Assembly: GCA_047495785.1 (NCBI GenBank)
Contig: JBLDXI010000021.1
Location: forward strand, 2,294,001-2,358,000
Source: Lepidodermella squamata
Lineage: Eukaryota; Animalia; Gastrotricha
Direction: 5' to 3'
Length of the DNA stretch: 64,000 nucleotides
Shown here: positions 1-13,854 of the stretch, in pieces
Layout of the letters: every line of letters begins with the position of its first letter
How positions within the stretch are numbered: position 1 is the first letter of the stretch
The notes under the pieces: model-generated
What the model was told of the DNA's origin: nothing
What the model saw: the letters and a program-made list of their open reading frames with translations, nothing else
The model's database searches: none
Made by a program: the position numbers and the translations under genes

Positions 1-504
1 AACCTTCAACCCCTAATAAGAGATTGGAGAGTCAACCTACGTTCAGCAACTGTAGTATTCGACTTACAAAAAATCATTTTCCAGAGATGGAATAGACATT
101 ACAACATCAGTCAATCAGATTTCAGTATTTTCTCGTGTTTTATATATCGTACAAAAAGGTTTCTAAAATATATTTCAATAGAATTTCTGTGTTATTTTTA
201 GAGAGGTGGAAAATCGCGTGCCAAATTTGGCGCGCGATATTTACCGCCTACTTTATACAAGTTCACAACCCGCACGATTTGAAATGTGGCAGAGAGCAGA
301 GAAATAGACGATTTGTTTTCCATCTACGGCCTCGCAGATGCGACACGTTCTTCACAATTCATATATATTTACAGTATAAAAATGATATGAAATAAATAGC
401 AAAAATTGCTAAGCGTTATTACAACTTGGTCTCATGTCAACCGACAGATTAATTTTTGCGTATATTTTTTCGACGATTTTTCTATAAAAAATTTCAAGGC
501 GGCA

Positions 505-1844
505 TTAAAACTTTCGGAAATTGAGGCACGCCAAAACAGCGAATATCCAAGATATTCCAGTGTTGATGATGGCTAGGATGAAAGATGCGCCCGGAACCGA
601 CTGACTGTTTGTCTCCTTGACTTTGCCAATAAACGCAACGGCTCCGACAAAGGCGAACAGGCCGCCGACAGCGATGCCGCCAGCCAGTCCTACCTTGATC
701 CAGAACGAGCGATGATACGTTGTCAGATGTAGAATGGCGCAAATCATCGCGAAGAAGTAGATAATTCCGGAGATGCATTCGAGGGCGCGAGCTGCTTGTA
801 GAAAGTCGGTGATTTCGAAATCGGTATCGACGCAGTTCATCCACTGGGCGTAGTAAGAACACCGCATCCACAGGCCCTGGCTGTACGACATTGATACCCA
901 CCAGTGGGGTACGATGATAACGCAAAGTTGTATAGCCATCGTCAATATGCTGAACAGCATGCAGCCAAGTATGACTCGCCGATCGATGTGATGGTGCCGC
1001 TTGTGGTAAACGTCATCTTGCGGCTCCTGTCGAAGAGAAAAATAAGACAAACTTAGGTATAATTTCGACCGGTTTTTTTGCTATGATTTCAGGCTTCAGC
1101 GCCTTCAAGTCGCTAGTCAGACGCAAACATTAGATTTGAAATTAATTGGTCGTTCAAAGTAAATCTAATCGTCTAGCAAAGACGAGGTGCCTCTGACTAA
1201 TGACTAAATTGACTTGATGGCTAGCTAAATTATCTATAAATGGCAAGCTTTTTCTGAAGTAGATAATTAATAAAAGCAAATGTAGTCTGTAACAGGCGCA
1301 AGCTCGTGTGATAATTTTTTTACCGCAATTATGTGATCCTGAGCACTGACGACGCTTTGCTCGTACTTGAGGGGATGCCCCTCGCCAGCGTTCGACAACG
1401 AAGGTTGATACTCGCTGTCTTGATCGCGCACACTGCCAGCGCCGCCGCGGCCCGACGACGATGCGCGCTGTTGTTCAGAAAGCGCCATATGCGGCAAATA
1501 CACACAGGGTTATCAAAAAATTAAGCTGGACCAGGTTGTTCAAGTTATTTGATAAATAAAACAACAACGAATGGCGCAGCCAGACGAGAGTTGAATGTAA
1601 TGGTTTGGAGAAATTTATGCGCGTAAAACCTGTTGCCTTTTGGCGTGGTTTAAATACCTCGCCAACAGCAACAGGATGCGCCCCCGTTTCTGCTGCTATG
1701 CCTCATCAGCTGCGCGCTGTTTTTAGCAGCGGCGTGATTCGACACGCACGTTTATACTTCAAAGCCCGCTTTCCCCGCCCTGAAATCGAGCCATGACGAT
1801 GAGTCATGACGAAACGCACTCACCTCGTAAGCCGGGTCCATCAT
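505..1844 (-). CDS. Claudin/PMP22/EMP-family tetraspan membrane protein; exons 1844-1824 (MMDPAYE) and 1026-505
   Basis: Four hydrophobic segments; first-loop signature W...GLW-x2-C-x8-C (PHWWVSMSYSQGLWMRCSYYAQWMNC); the ORF's TTG start lies in a polypyrimidine acceptor (ttttctcttcgacag|GAG); an upstream phase-0 exon ATG ATG GAC CCG GCT TAC GAG|gtgagt supplies a start (first exon less certain). Confidence 0.85.
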
Positions 1845-3934
1845 TTTAGCCGAAGCGCTTCGTCCGTGTCAGTTTTTTTTTGTTTACTAAATATGGCTCT
1901 ATTAATGAATGAGACAGTAACTTTTATGGCGCTCTTTTTATCGCCGGATTTGTAACACAGGTAGCCAGCCATGCGAGAGGCACGGCGTGAAGGCGCGAAA
2001 AGGTGTCGCGCTAGTCATAAAAATTGAGCGAACTAATACTTTGTTTACAATAAATAAAAATGCGGAAATGCTATTAAACGAAATGTACGCACGGCGGCGT
2101 GTTGATAGGTCTCGACAATCAGGTGCGTGTTTGTCGCTAACACAGAGGGCTAAAATACGACTGCGTAAAAATAATAAATACCTAATACAGTATTGCATTT
2201 TTGGTGACTAGTCTGTACGATACGATACGATATACTAGTATGCAGAAAACACGGCTTTTTATCATCTGCCGTGTCCGCACATAGGCGTAGGCTGTTATAT
2301 CTTGTTGTCGCCGTTGCATGGCTCGATAAAAGGTGTGTAGGTATAGGCCATAGCTGAGGCATTATTTGGCGCGCAATAAATAATGCAATAATAATAAGTA
2401 CATCGCAGGCTGGTCGACCCTCCCACACTTTGACGACTCAAGTCGTATTGGGCCACACGCGACGAGTGCGTGTGCGGCTTTTAAGGAGGAGATTTAAATA
2501 ATGGCCCGCGCCACGTTCACCTTTGCTGCTTTATTGCTGTTGCCGAGCGCGTGCGGCGACGGCTTCGTGCCGGCGACACGCCGCTAAGCCGCCTCGAAAG
2601 TTCACCAGGTTACAGCAGCGGTGAATCGCGCCGCAAATCGCACACGTGCGCATCTCACCATCTCAAAACACAAGAAGCCGCGTGTGAACATGGCCCAAAG
2701 CGCCGCGTAATTAATTGCGCCGGCTAATTGCCGTCTACGACAACTACAAGCTGTAATCGACGAAAAAATTTCTCACCGGAGCCGCGTAGACGTATTTCAT
2801 TGAGCCGACAGACTGTTGCTGGTAATCGTCATGACTGGCCATCGATTGCGGATAGTCATCGTCAACAGGGGCGGCCATCATGGGATGAGATCAAAAATAA
2901 TGTTCTCCGGTCTTAATCGTCTTGGCTAGCAAATCATCTGTTTAAAGTGTCTAAAAATGGGAATACAAATGATTGAATCCGATCGCCCTTTGTGGTTTAT
3001 ATGAGGATGAGGTACATTTTTTGAGGACCCTGGCAGACAAACCTTATCCCACTTGCACATGATCAAGCAGTGAATCATGTTTTTTACGACCTGTCGTTCA
3101 TAAAATTACAATTTGTTTACGGAATTTGCGGTGTGGGTCTTGGCAACTTGACACCTAGGCAAAATTCCTATTCGCTAGCGCGTTGTAGTTTATTTATAGC
3201 TAAATTATTACTAATAATAACAGCTACTGTGCCGCCTCGCTCTGTTATTAGTGTTTTTGCACGATAATTATAAGCGACGCGAATCAATCGCGCAATCGCA
3301 CTCATGAAAGGAAAAATGATTCATATAAGAGCTATGCATATCTTAGAAAGCTGACTTTCCGTGGTCGTGGTTGATTTGTAAATTTTAAGGAGGTCATGTG
3401 TCATGAGGTCACGTCAGGTTCTACTATTGAACAGAATTAAAAAGGTCGTCAACTGAATTCGTAGTGACAGAATTTTGTTGGCTAGAGAACAGTCAGCCTA
3501 TATTACAATTAAGACAAATATTTCTAGTACTAAAGATCGTACGAAGGAATCTTCCACTGTCTGTTACGTCTGTTGGAATAGCGAGGACTGAGGAGGGATT
3601 GAAATGTCAAATTCGATTAAAATTCTCCGATATTGTGAAGTAAAGAAATTGGGCTGAAAAGTCGGGGAATTAATTATATATACTGAAGGTGACATGTTAG
3701 CCGTGACTAGAGGGCTAAAGGTGAGATGGGCTAGTGCCTCATTTGCACGTAAACTGATTGCAGAGCTGCATTGCGCAGTTGTCAGACCGGCGGTCAAGAC
3801 GTGCTCGGAGATTAACAGCCGAGTTGTAACCCTAGAACGCGGTTGTAAGCACACCTTTTGACGAGACGCATTAACATCGGCATGATGTTGGTGTCAACAC
3901 TGCCATGTTGGCCGTCATCATTTGCCAAGTTGTC

Positions 3935-3960
3935 GAGAGAGAGAGAGAGAGAGAAAGAGA
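3935..3960. repeat. (GA)n microsatellite
   Basis: gagagagagagagagagagaaagaga; shorter GA/CT runs near 4160 and 4741. Confidence 0.9.
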
Positions 3961-6430
3961 GTTTGCAAGGGCTTACCTATATTTGACATCATCGCGATGA
4001 CGAGATGATGGCGTGTTCGTGTTGTGCGGCGCAGTATCGCACAGCGCCGAAAACAAATAAAACAAAAATATATATGACAGGTCGGCGGTGGTGGCGGAGA
4101 TGTGGCCAGCAGCAGCAGCAGCGTTGCCGTTCCGAGCACGATTAAAAGTGGACTGCGAAAGAGAGAGAGAGATGGCAGAACGGAATAATACCACCAAGGT
4201 ATGCTGTAGACTGTACACAACACAGACAAACAAGCAGGCAAACAAACAAGCGCTAGCAACAGCAGCAGCAGTCGCACACGCATGTCGACGATGCGCATTT
4301 TATTCCACATTAGCCGGCAGTTAATAACCGTATATATGGCGGCTGTGCTGCAGGGCTGAATCGGAAATGCAACGGTTTATACAGGTAGCAGTAATAATGT
4401 TACGGTTCGAACTCGTGCCTGCCTGAAAAGATATTAGGCAGCTGCATTTAAAGAGTTTGACCTGTAAACTCTGTCGCTTATTCATAATCAGTAGCTATTA
4501 TTTAAGGCATAGCTATCACTTCGGTGCCTCTGAAATGGACTTTAAATATTAAAACAGGCGCGACTCAGGCGAATAATAATATTATCGTCTGAAGTACGAT
4601 GTAGGTATCTCACCGGCCCGCGTGCGCCGACGTGAAGTGTGTTATTTTCATACATTGAGGGCACATACAGGTAATAATCGGCGACAAACAAACAACAACG
4701 CGCGCTGTTTAGAGGCGCGCGCGACTACGGCGGTCGTCGCTCTCTCTCTCACTCGCTCGCGCATAAATCCTATGGCCGCGTTTAGCCGCACGCCGTAAAT
4801 AAAGCGAGTCACTGCTGCTGCTGCTCGCGGCATGTCATCGCCGTCGCGAACAATTTTCCGCCGAAGACGACGGTAGCATTACCTACTTTATTCATTATTC
4901 ACTGCTGCCGTTGTATTAGCACTTTAAAGTCAATTTATGAAAAATATTTATGAGTAAACATTTTTACGCGCATTTTCGGCCGGTTTCATCTCAGAAAAGG
5001 TAATTATTACCAAAAGCTGATTAAGATAAATTATCGTGTACAAAAGATAATGCTATCCATTGTCTTGAATTGGAAACACTTAGGTAACAACAATGATTTA
5101 TGATTTTGTTCACGGCTGCCACAAAATGTTACCGCTGAGAGGTTGAGTCTGTCCGAGAATTGGTTCATCTTGTCAATTTGAGAATAATCGGACGCCGCAC
5201 GTTTTTTTCCTCCATTTTGCTCGTGAATAATCCAAAAATAGCTAAACTTGAAAAAGTCATTCCCTTGAAATTAGACTCCGACTACCCGTACATTTTTTAT
5301 GTACTCGAAAATGTCGGCTTTCTCCGTATATTCCGTTTGTGTTTAAAATCTTTTAACACAAGCTAAGAGGGCCTGATAAGAGTTGGGTTTTACGACACTC
5401 GGCCGACTCCGACATGTCTACAAGAGATCGCGGAGGATACTTCAACGGGATGAAGCCACTGTCAGCTACTGCCTGCTATCAGGCCAGTCGAGCTAATGCA
5501 AAATTACAAAAAATATATTTTTCATTTTCGTTAACATAACTTATATTAGCGCCGCCGAAAAAAGCACAATTATTTAATTTGATAATAAGTTTAATTACAT
5601 GATAAATACATGGATAAATTGGCTCGACCTAAATCCTAACATACCGCTGCTAACTCCCACCAAGCGTAACAGGTGAAGTGCGAGATAAAAAAATTCCTAC
5701 GCGCAGTTCTTTTCATGAAGTAGGAAAGGCGTTCGGAACCAAATATGCAGACGGCAAAGTTAAAAAAGTTCTCATGTCGTTAATGAACTAGGTCGGACTT
5801 AGTGTACCTGAGTTGGCGGTGATGTGAAAAAATGAACGAGCCTAAATCTGAATTTAACGAAGACGCTGACGATAGGATGTACAGACGCACCTCGATTAAT
5901 TGAATTAAACAGCTAAAAATAGCATATAATTCAGTTAGGGCGTGACATTCAAAGTGCGAAGACTCTGTCAACCAATTAATTTAGGAACATGTCTTGCGGA
6001 TCAAAAAATTGAGGACGCCGCATAATCTTCATTCTAGCGTAACGATTATAATCGATTACCGGCCCTGGAATTCAGATTTCGTTTTTAAGAAGATGAGTCA
6101 CGGAAGCTTGACGCTCGTTGCGCAATGTTCGATTGAAAGAAAGAGTAGAAAAGAAAAGAAATTTGGCGAGACGAGCGAGGCATCCTTTGAATCGCACATC
6201 GTAATCGTTTCGCGTGTCTCCCGCTGCGACGGTGCTAAGCCGTTTCAAGTGCTTACACGCACGAAGACGACGAAACGAACAGCGACGAACGTATTTGGCG
6301 CCACTAGCGCACTCCCCGTTGCGATCTACCTCAACTAAATACCAAACCGTAGGGTATCGACGCCATTGTTGCCGTCAATTGCCTAGCATTTTCGCGCCTT
6401 TCTGCTATTTTTACGATTTTTTTTTCGATA

Positions 6431-7451
6431 ATGATAATGAGGCCGAAACTCGTCGCTGTCGCCGTCATGGTCACGGTCCTGGCGGGTTATTCTTCCGCTC
6501 TCGAACTTAATTCGAGTTGTACTGCCAGCGCCTCTTGCGAGGCTAAAAACTCCAACTGCAAGATTTTGTCACCGTCATGCGGCCAAGGCACTTGCCAATG
6601 CATACCTGGTTTCGCCGATGTCAAAGGTCAATGCAAAAGAAGTGAGTTTCTGGCAGATAATTTCTTGCGAAAATGTATTTTTTTTCTCTTCTATCCACAG
6701 AGGTTTTGCTTGGCTTCGCCTGCAGCCCGGCGTCGGATACGTGCAATGACCCGAATGCTGAGTGCGTGTCGAATCGCTGCACCTGCTCGCAGGGCTACAA
6801 ACAGGGCCTTAAAGGCTACGACTGCATATCGAACTTGAAGAGCGAGCGCTACAACGCCAGATGCTTCGACACGGTGCAGTGCTACTACAACATGATATGC
6901 ATCGACAACAAGTGCCAGTGCTTTTCTGGCTACAAGAGCGTCGGCGACTACGACTGCGTCGAGCGATCCGTCGGCGACACGTGCCTGACGGACGACGACT
7001 GCTCGCGGGCGCCGAACACTGTCTGCGCAAGTGGCGTCTGCTCTTGTGTCGCTGGCTACAAACGAGTTCAGTATCTGAACAGCGATCGAACCAAGGCTGT
7101 CACTTGCATCCCGCAAAATCGTATGCTCATTCAATAATTTTCCGTACACTTCCCCTAACAAATTTATCATTTTTCTTTCAGAGAATTTGAAAGGCGAAGG
7201 CGAGCTGTGTAATGTCACATCTCTCGAGGCGCCCGTTGTTTGCACCCCACCTTTCGTTTGCCTTGGTTGTTCAGCAGCGAAAACTATTTGTGCCCGTAAG
7301 TTACAACCAACGAGTGACATAAAAATCAATTTTTTGATTAATTAATATTTTCAAAGGACCGACCGTTCCATTTTCCGACGCTCGCAAACTGGAATCGACG
7401 CTCAGCTTCATATTCGTTTTTTCCATCTTAGTGCTGGTTTCAGGCTTGTGA
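6431..7451 (+). CDS. Cys-rich EB/EGF-like module surface protein, paralog 1 (signal peptide, 5 Cys modules, GPI-like tail); exons ~6431-6641, 6701-7120, 7182-7295, 7357-7451
   Basis: Signal MRPKLVAVAVMVTVLAGYSSA; repeated G-x2-C-x4/5-C...C-x4-C-x-C-x2-G-Y modules; GT-AG introns keep frame; hydrophobic C-terminus TLSFIFVFSILVLVSGL* without cytoplasmic tail. Confidence 0.85.
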
Positions 7452-7873
7452 ATGACACAAAACTCATCGTTTTTTTTGTCATTCGGAAACATCCAGTATT
7501 CGAATTATTGTGTAAATTAAGTATTGCCGCTATTTGTAAAACCTGTGAAATTTCACGACTAGAGGGGCATTTCCCTTGTTCATTCTCAACCTTGACCTCC
7601 GGTATTAATACTTTGTACATAAATTCTCTTGTTTTCCTGTGACTGCTGTTCTTTTCGAAATTCAGAATTGACGGAATAAAATTTGAATGTTTCCTAATTG
7701 GAGTCGCCCTGTTTAATTAACCACCCGCAAAGGCGACGGTGCGCGATAAGTCTGAACGACCTCCCAGGGTGAAGCCACTCGAAGTTAACAAGCAGTAAAC
7801 AAAGCCCATTATATCGAGAACAGTAAACGCGGCTGACTGCCAACACAGCAAATTTAAACAAATAGCTTTCAAA

Positions 7874-8913
7874 ATGAGAAACGTTTTGATAGTCGTTTTC
7901 AGCGCACTCGCGGCTGTAGAAAGCAAACTGATTGGCGAGCAATGCACTTCTGATATCGATTGCTCTATTGCCAATTCGAACTGCCGATTTTCGGTTAAAT
8001 CATGCGGCGCCGGGCTGTGTCATTGCGCTCTAGGCTTTCAAAATGTTAATGGCTCTTGTAAGCGACGTAAGAATTGTTACATTTACTTGTATCGAAAGAG
8101 ATTCATTTGTTTGCACGCAGAGATCATGATGGGATTTCGGTGTAACGAATCGACGGACGTTTGTCGAACAGCGAACGCGGCGTGTATCAATAATCGGTGC
8201 ACGTGTTCAATCGGCTACAAGCGCGGTCTACGAGGCGATTGCATATCCGACTGGGCCATCGAACAGTTCAACGGCTCGTGTGTCGACTCAATTCAATGCA
8301 TGTACGGTTTGAAGTGCATCGAAAATCGCTGCGATTGCGAGACAGGATTGAAGCTGGTTGATAATTTCGACTGCGTAAAACGTAAACATCTATGATTTAT
8401 GATTTTTAACAAATTTTATAAATATATACAAATTTTGCAGGTGAAGTGGGAGATTTTTGCAAAGTCGATGAAGACTGCTCACGAACTGAAAATGCCGTTT
8501 GCGCCCACAGTCGATGTGCCTGCGCTGCCGGTCATAAGCGAATGCAATACCTATCAACGGAAGGCGTGGAAACCCTGGTTTGCGCACCTTGGAACCGTTA
8601 GTTATCAATTGGATGCTCTAATTAACCTTGAAAATCAATTGCTTCTATATAGGACTATTCAAAGAAGAAAACGAGCCGTGCAATGTTTCAAATCATGAAG
8701 TTTGCAGATCTCCGTTAGTTTGCGTCGAATGTACAGATGCGAAGGCTATTTGTACACGTAAGATTTTATATATTTTCCGATATTTTAGTTGTTTAATCGA
8801 TAGTTAATTACACAGGTCCTATGATGCTGTTGTCTGGCGCTTGGAGCTTGGAATGGCTTGCGAAATTCTTTGAATATCTTGTTACCAAACTGCTTCTTTT
8901 GTTCGGCCAATAA
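7874..8913 (+). CDS. Cys-rich EB/EGF-like module protein, paralog 2; exons ~7874-8066, 8122-8381, 8441-8596, 8653-8757, 8816-8913
   Basis: Signal MRNVLIVVFSALAAVES; same Cys spacing as paralog 1 (SCGAGLCHC..., CVDSIQCMYGLKC); last exon RPMMLLSGAWSLEWLAKFFEYLVTKLLLLFGQ*. Confidence 0.85.
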
Positions 8914-11235
8914 ATTACCGGTCATTTTTATCTGTCTGCAAGGGTTTTTTTGTTACGCATTTTTTCGCGCATAAAAACTACGCGCAGTTCTTTTACAAAT
9001 GGGCTTTATCCCCGTTTGGGAGATAGCTATTGGCAAAAAAGCTCGCCGGTCAGCGTTTTGGAGCTTGATGGGCGATTTTTCGCAGTTCTATCAACATATG
9101 CGTATTTTTTTCGAAACCCTGCGGGCCGTCTTCTTGGACCATAGTACGCAAGCATGTATGTCTATGTGCGTAAAAAGTATTCCCGAAACAATAAATACTC
9201 GCAGACGAAAGCGGCTCTTGATCCACCATAAAACTGCTCATCGGTGTGAATAATGCTGCTGCCATACTTTCCCTATAGTCGGCATTTTCGTGTGAATAGC
9301 CAGCACAACATGAAACCGCATGAACAAATTTTTGCAGCACTCGTTTTTGTTCGCCAGTTTCGAATCAATGAAGACCACCTGATCATCTGCTGTAGGTATA
9401 CTTACTTTTCAATAAGTGCTGGTAAACAGGCATAGGTGGTTGCGGGGCTTTCACAGACGCTCGACGTTTTTATTTTCATTGCATTTTATTTCCGAAAATT
9501 CGGAAATCCGTGTGCATGATCGCAGCCATGCGATACCCGTGTGTTTGTTTGCGCTGCTTATTGAATTAAAAAATCTCGGAAAACTGAAGCTGAATCGCGC
9601 TACGTTATCTTCGTATTCATATATATCGCGTTGTTTTATTCAGATTTTAATTGAATGCTGCTTCTGCCACTATCTTCTAAAGTTTCGAAATTCCGAAGCG
9701 TTCAATTTTAGCGTGTAACCATTGGCCTCAAAACGACGATTTTCTTTGTAGCTATGTATTTCAAAGTGCAGGAAAATTTTTCACCAAATTTAGAAGAATC
9801 TCCAAGTCTACATTTCCAGCCCACAGCGCCACGCTATCTCATATTAGATAGATGATAGATGGCTAACTATTTAATTTTTTTTAAAGTCTGCGGGGGACAG
9901 ACGAGAGATAATTACTTTTCAAACGTGTACATGTCTTTACTGAACGTTTTTATTAGCACGCGTATATTATCTGGTTGAGCTTTAATTACAAAATCAAATA
10001 CCCAGACTGGCGTTCAGACGGTTACACACTTATGAAAAAATGAATTTCAATGACAGCGGGCGGAGTTTTTGTCACTTCGATGGCCGACAAAAATGCGTTT
10101 GTTGGCTATAAAAGAACTGTTATAGCAGGCAATATGCATTTTATGCCCATTTAAAATTAAATTCGCTTAATTGTACTAGGAACATTTGCGGACTCTAGAA
10201 ACATGGAACCGATCGCAACCAATCAGGCTATTATCCATTGTCATTTGATGTTTGTAATTTGAATCTTCATATACTATATCTTATGAAATGGAACTCTCTA
10301 ATCTGTTGTTTTTGTACATTTCAACGCGATAAACACTAACAAGCACATACTTACTTCTGCGATGCAAATTAAGGAAGTGAAACATTATCGACTTAACCGA
10401 TCACCCCAGGCTCTTGGTTTGATCTATAGCTTATCTTCTATCCTGCGCCCGAGTTGCCATCTTCCATGCAATTCTCAACAGCTACTGCAGGTGCGCGTGT
10501 CAGCTTATTTTGAAAATTTTTAACGATTCGGGCTTCCATGGTTTTACATGAATACTTTTTTCATTGCATAGTTCTTGAACTCATTAAAAAATAGCACCTA
10601 TTTCCGGTCCATGACTTGAATTATAGCGTGAATTATAGACTAAGGTGAGAAAAACACCCATGCGATCAAATCCGGAAAAAGTGCGCGTTTTTTTTAGTTT
10701 CGATTTACGTTACTAAAAATCTTTGCGCGCGATCGATTTCTTGCCCTTTAAGCATTAATGCAAAGCTTGTGTAATAAAATTAATTAACTTCACTCAATTT
10801 GCACTATACTAATATATGCGCCGATTCATCAAAATGTTATTCCTCGACTTCTTAAATAACACAAATAAGAGGAAAAGACTTGATAGCAATTTAGTAAAAT
10901 TCAGACTTCGCACCGCAATTTTCAATCAACCGCGCGGAATGTTGTCATTTTTTAGCGCTGTCATTTTTTAATAAGTTCATCAGCCAACTAATGCCAAGCA
11001 TTGTCTCACTGGCGTGAGCGCACCACGAACCACGGCCTGACTGACGAGAAAGCTATGGCGAAGCGGCGGCTGTTTTAAAGCCGGCCCTCCTCCACAGCCG
11101 AGACGTAAAAAAGCAGGCAGACTTGCCGGCGGTGACAGCTGTCAATCACATACCCTGCTGCTTTCTGCTCTTCATTCCGTTTCATTTTCTCATCCTCACA
11201 TGTCGCACTGATTTTGCTGCACTGGAACCCGAAAA

Positions 11236-12905
11236 ATGGCTGAGTCAAGTCAAGAGATTGATAAATTCCTCGAGCAGGTACATTCCATGCTGATGAAGGA
11301 TGTCGTCGAAGCGAGTCGCGATCCTGACGGCAAAGTTGTCGAGTTCAAAGACCCGGATGCCTTAGCCGAGTGTCTTGATTTATCGTTAGTTCAACAATCT
11401 CATGATTCCTTACCTAAATGATTTTTTTGCACTAGGGTGAGAGAGGAGCCATCTAGCAAGGATCACTTGTTGAATCTAATCCAGAACACGATAAAATACT
11501 CGGTGAAGGTTGGCAATCCTCGTTTTGTCAACCAATTATACTCTGGGCTTGACTGGGCCGGGCTGGCAGGTAAAATTGACCTGAAATTTTAAACTAGAAA
11601 TTTGTAATATTTGTAATAGGCCAATGGGTTGTTGAGACACTGAACCCTAGTCTGTACACCTTTGAAGTGTCCCCCTGCTTCGTTTTAGTCGAGAATGAAA
11701 TCATCCGTGAGATGTGCCGCATTGTCGGCTACGCTCCGGATTCAAGCGACGGCCTTTTCGCTCCTGGAGGCTCAGTCTCGTCTATCTACGGCGTATCAAT
11801 TGCTCGCTATTGGAAAAACCCGGCCGTAAAGCAGTTAGGCCTAGCCGGGCAGCCGCGGCTCGTCGCCTTCCGCTCCGAGTTCGCCCACTACTGCATCGAG
11901 AAGGCCTGCGTGTTGCTAGGCATAGGCCGGCAAAACCTCGTCGACGTCAAGTGCGACGCCGATTGCCGCATGCGCGTCGACGACCTAGAAGCCAAGATTC
12001 TGGCGACAATCGCTGACGGCGGCGTGCCGTTCCTCGTCGCCGCTACGGCTGGAACCACCGTCCACGGCGCCTTCGACCCGATATCGCCAATAGCCGATAT
12101 CTGCGAGAAGTACGGCTGCTGGCTGCACGTCGACGCGGCATGGGGAGGCGGTCTGTTGTTGTCCTCGAATCACCGTGAAGTTCTCAGCGGCATCGAACGC
12201 GCCGACTCGGTTGTGTGGAACCCGCACAAGCTGCTCGGCGCCCCGCAGCAGTGTTCCGCCTTTCTAACGCGCCACCGTAGCATTTTGCAAGAAGCCCACG
12301 CCGCTAATGCCAACTACCTGTTTCAGGACGATAAATTCTACGACGCTGCGTTCGATCCAGGTGATAAAACGCTGCAATGCGGTCGTAAGGTCGATTCTTA
12401 CAAGTTTTGGCTAATGTGGAAGGCAAAAGGCACACGGGGGCTGATCGCGCATGTCGATAGGCTAATGGAACTAGCTGGTGCTTTCGCCGATTTGGTGCGA
12501 CAGCGCGAAGGCTTTTACTTGGTGAAACGTCCCTCATGCACTAATGTCTGCTTTTGGTATGTTTAGGTCGATACAACCGTTTGGTTTCACTGATTCATTT
12601 TAACTTATAGGTATGTTCCGCCGAGTATGAGAGGCCCCGAAACTGAAGTTCGCCTCGGCGCCGCTATTGATGAGCCGCCATCGAAGTACGGTGCCGGTGA
12701 TGGAGACGAGTTTTGGGCGCGACTCGATAAGGTGGCTGCAAAAATCAAAGAGCGCATGGTGCGCAAAGGCTCCATGATGATAACGTACACTCGCGAGGGT
12801 GCGCGCGCCAATTTTTTCCGCTTCGTTCTGCAATGCATCACCGTCAACGAGCAACACCTAGCCTTCTTTATCGACGAAATCGAAAGCCTGGGCAGTGATC
12901 TTTGA
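11236..12905 (+). CDS. Group II PLP-dependent acidic amino-acid decarboxylase (aspartate 1-decarboxylase / cysteine sulfinic acid decarboxylase / GADL1-like); exons ~11236-11385, 11436-11568, 11620-12556, 12611-12905
   Basis: Motifs PRFVNQLYSGLD, PGGS, HYCIEKA, ATAGTTVHGAFDP, WLHVDAAWGG, PLP-lysine WNPHK, YLFQDDKFYD, GDKTLQCGRKVD, NVCFWYVP. Confidence 0.93.
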
Positions 12906-13128
12906 TCGGCTTGTAAGTGAATGCAACTTTTTAACCTTAGTATTACATGCTCGTCAACTGCCGTCCTTATTCTTCTCGCGTGGAACAATGACGACAAAGC
13001 GCCTTACTAAAATACTCACATCAAAGTGCTGTACAAAGGTCTGGTAATAAATATTTTATGCATGAGTTGAATATATTGCGATATGCGAAAAAAATAATTG
13101 TGTTAAACTATAAACATTGTGGTGTCAA

Positions 13129-13319
13129 TGTCATAGGGGTCTATCAGGTTCTCGGAAAGTTCGATAGGTTGGATAGGTCGGAACCTAAAATCTTCAACCC
13201 ACAAGTTGGGTTCTCCTCCTTAAAGGTCATAGAACCTTTTCTATCAAAGATTTTAATAGGAACTCAGTTTCGATTGAAGACTAAGTCCTACTAAACGTAC
13301 CTGATTAACCCCTATGACA
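13129..13319. mobile_element. MITE-like element (~190 bp) with ~20-bp terminal inverted repeats
   Basis: Left end tgtcataggggtctatcagg versus right end cctgattaacccctatgaca (reverse complement tgtcataggggttaatcagg; 18/20 match); no coding capacity. Confidence 0.65.
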
Positions 13320-13854
13320 CACACGCGACATAGGCACCTATTATTTTTAAATTATTATTTATTATTTATTAACGAAAGATGAGTCTGAGGTTAAAACGTG
13401 AGCCTCTTAACTTTTGCAGCAACGTTATATTGGTCTATTTTGTGCGCAATTGATCGGGTCCTCTCTCTTCTTTCTCTTCTTGTTTTCTTTTCACGTGGCT
13501 ACTATACCTGTGCCGATAAGAAATCGTTTCGTGTTTTAACGTGATACTGATTGATGAAAAAAAATAAAACATGTTTAAATATTGTCGAATTATTGCAGGA
13601 ATCGTTTTATACTACAAAGGGTTGCAAAGAATAGTACCAGCCCCTGCTTTGGGGCTTCACAATTTACTCATTGTTATATGAACGGGGAAAGGGCCTTGTG
13701 CGATGGATTATAAGCGGATTAGGGATTTTTTACAAAGCAGCTCGTGGTGTGAGGCTGTTGAAGCTGTGAATGTGAGGGTGAAGGATATATCTCAACAATT
13801 ATTTATTAACGGTTTGCCAAATTTCCTCTAAAACTATTTTGGAGGCGATATAAA

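Noticed and set aside
6691-7329. Long antisense ORFs over coding exons (also 17717-18232, 28457-28951, 41564-41908, 60492-60905)
   Set aside because: Shadow frames of GC3-rich real exons; no motifs of their own
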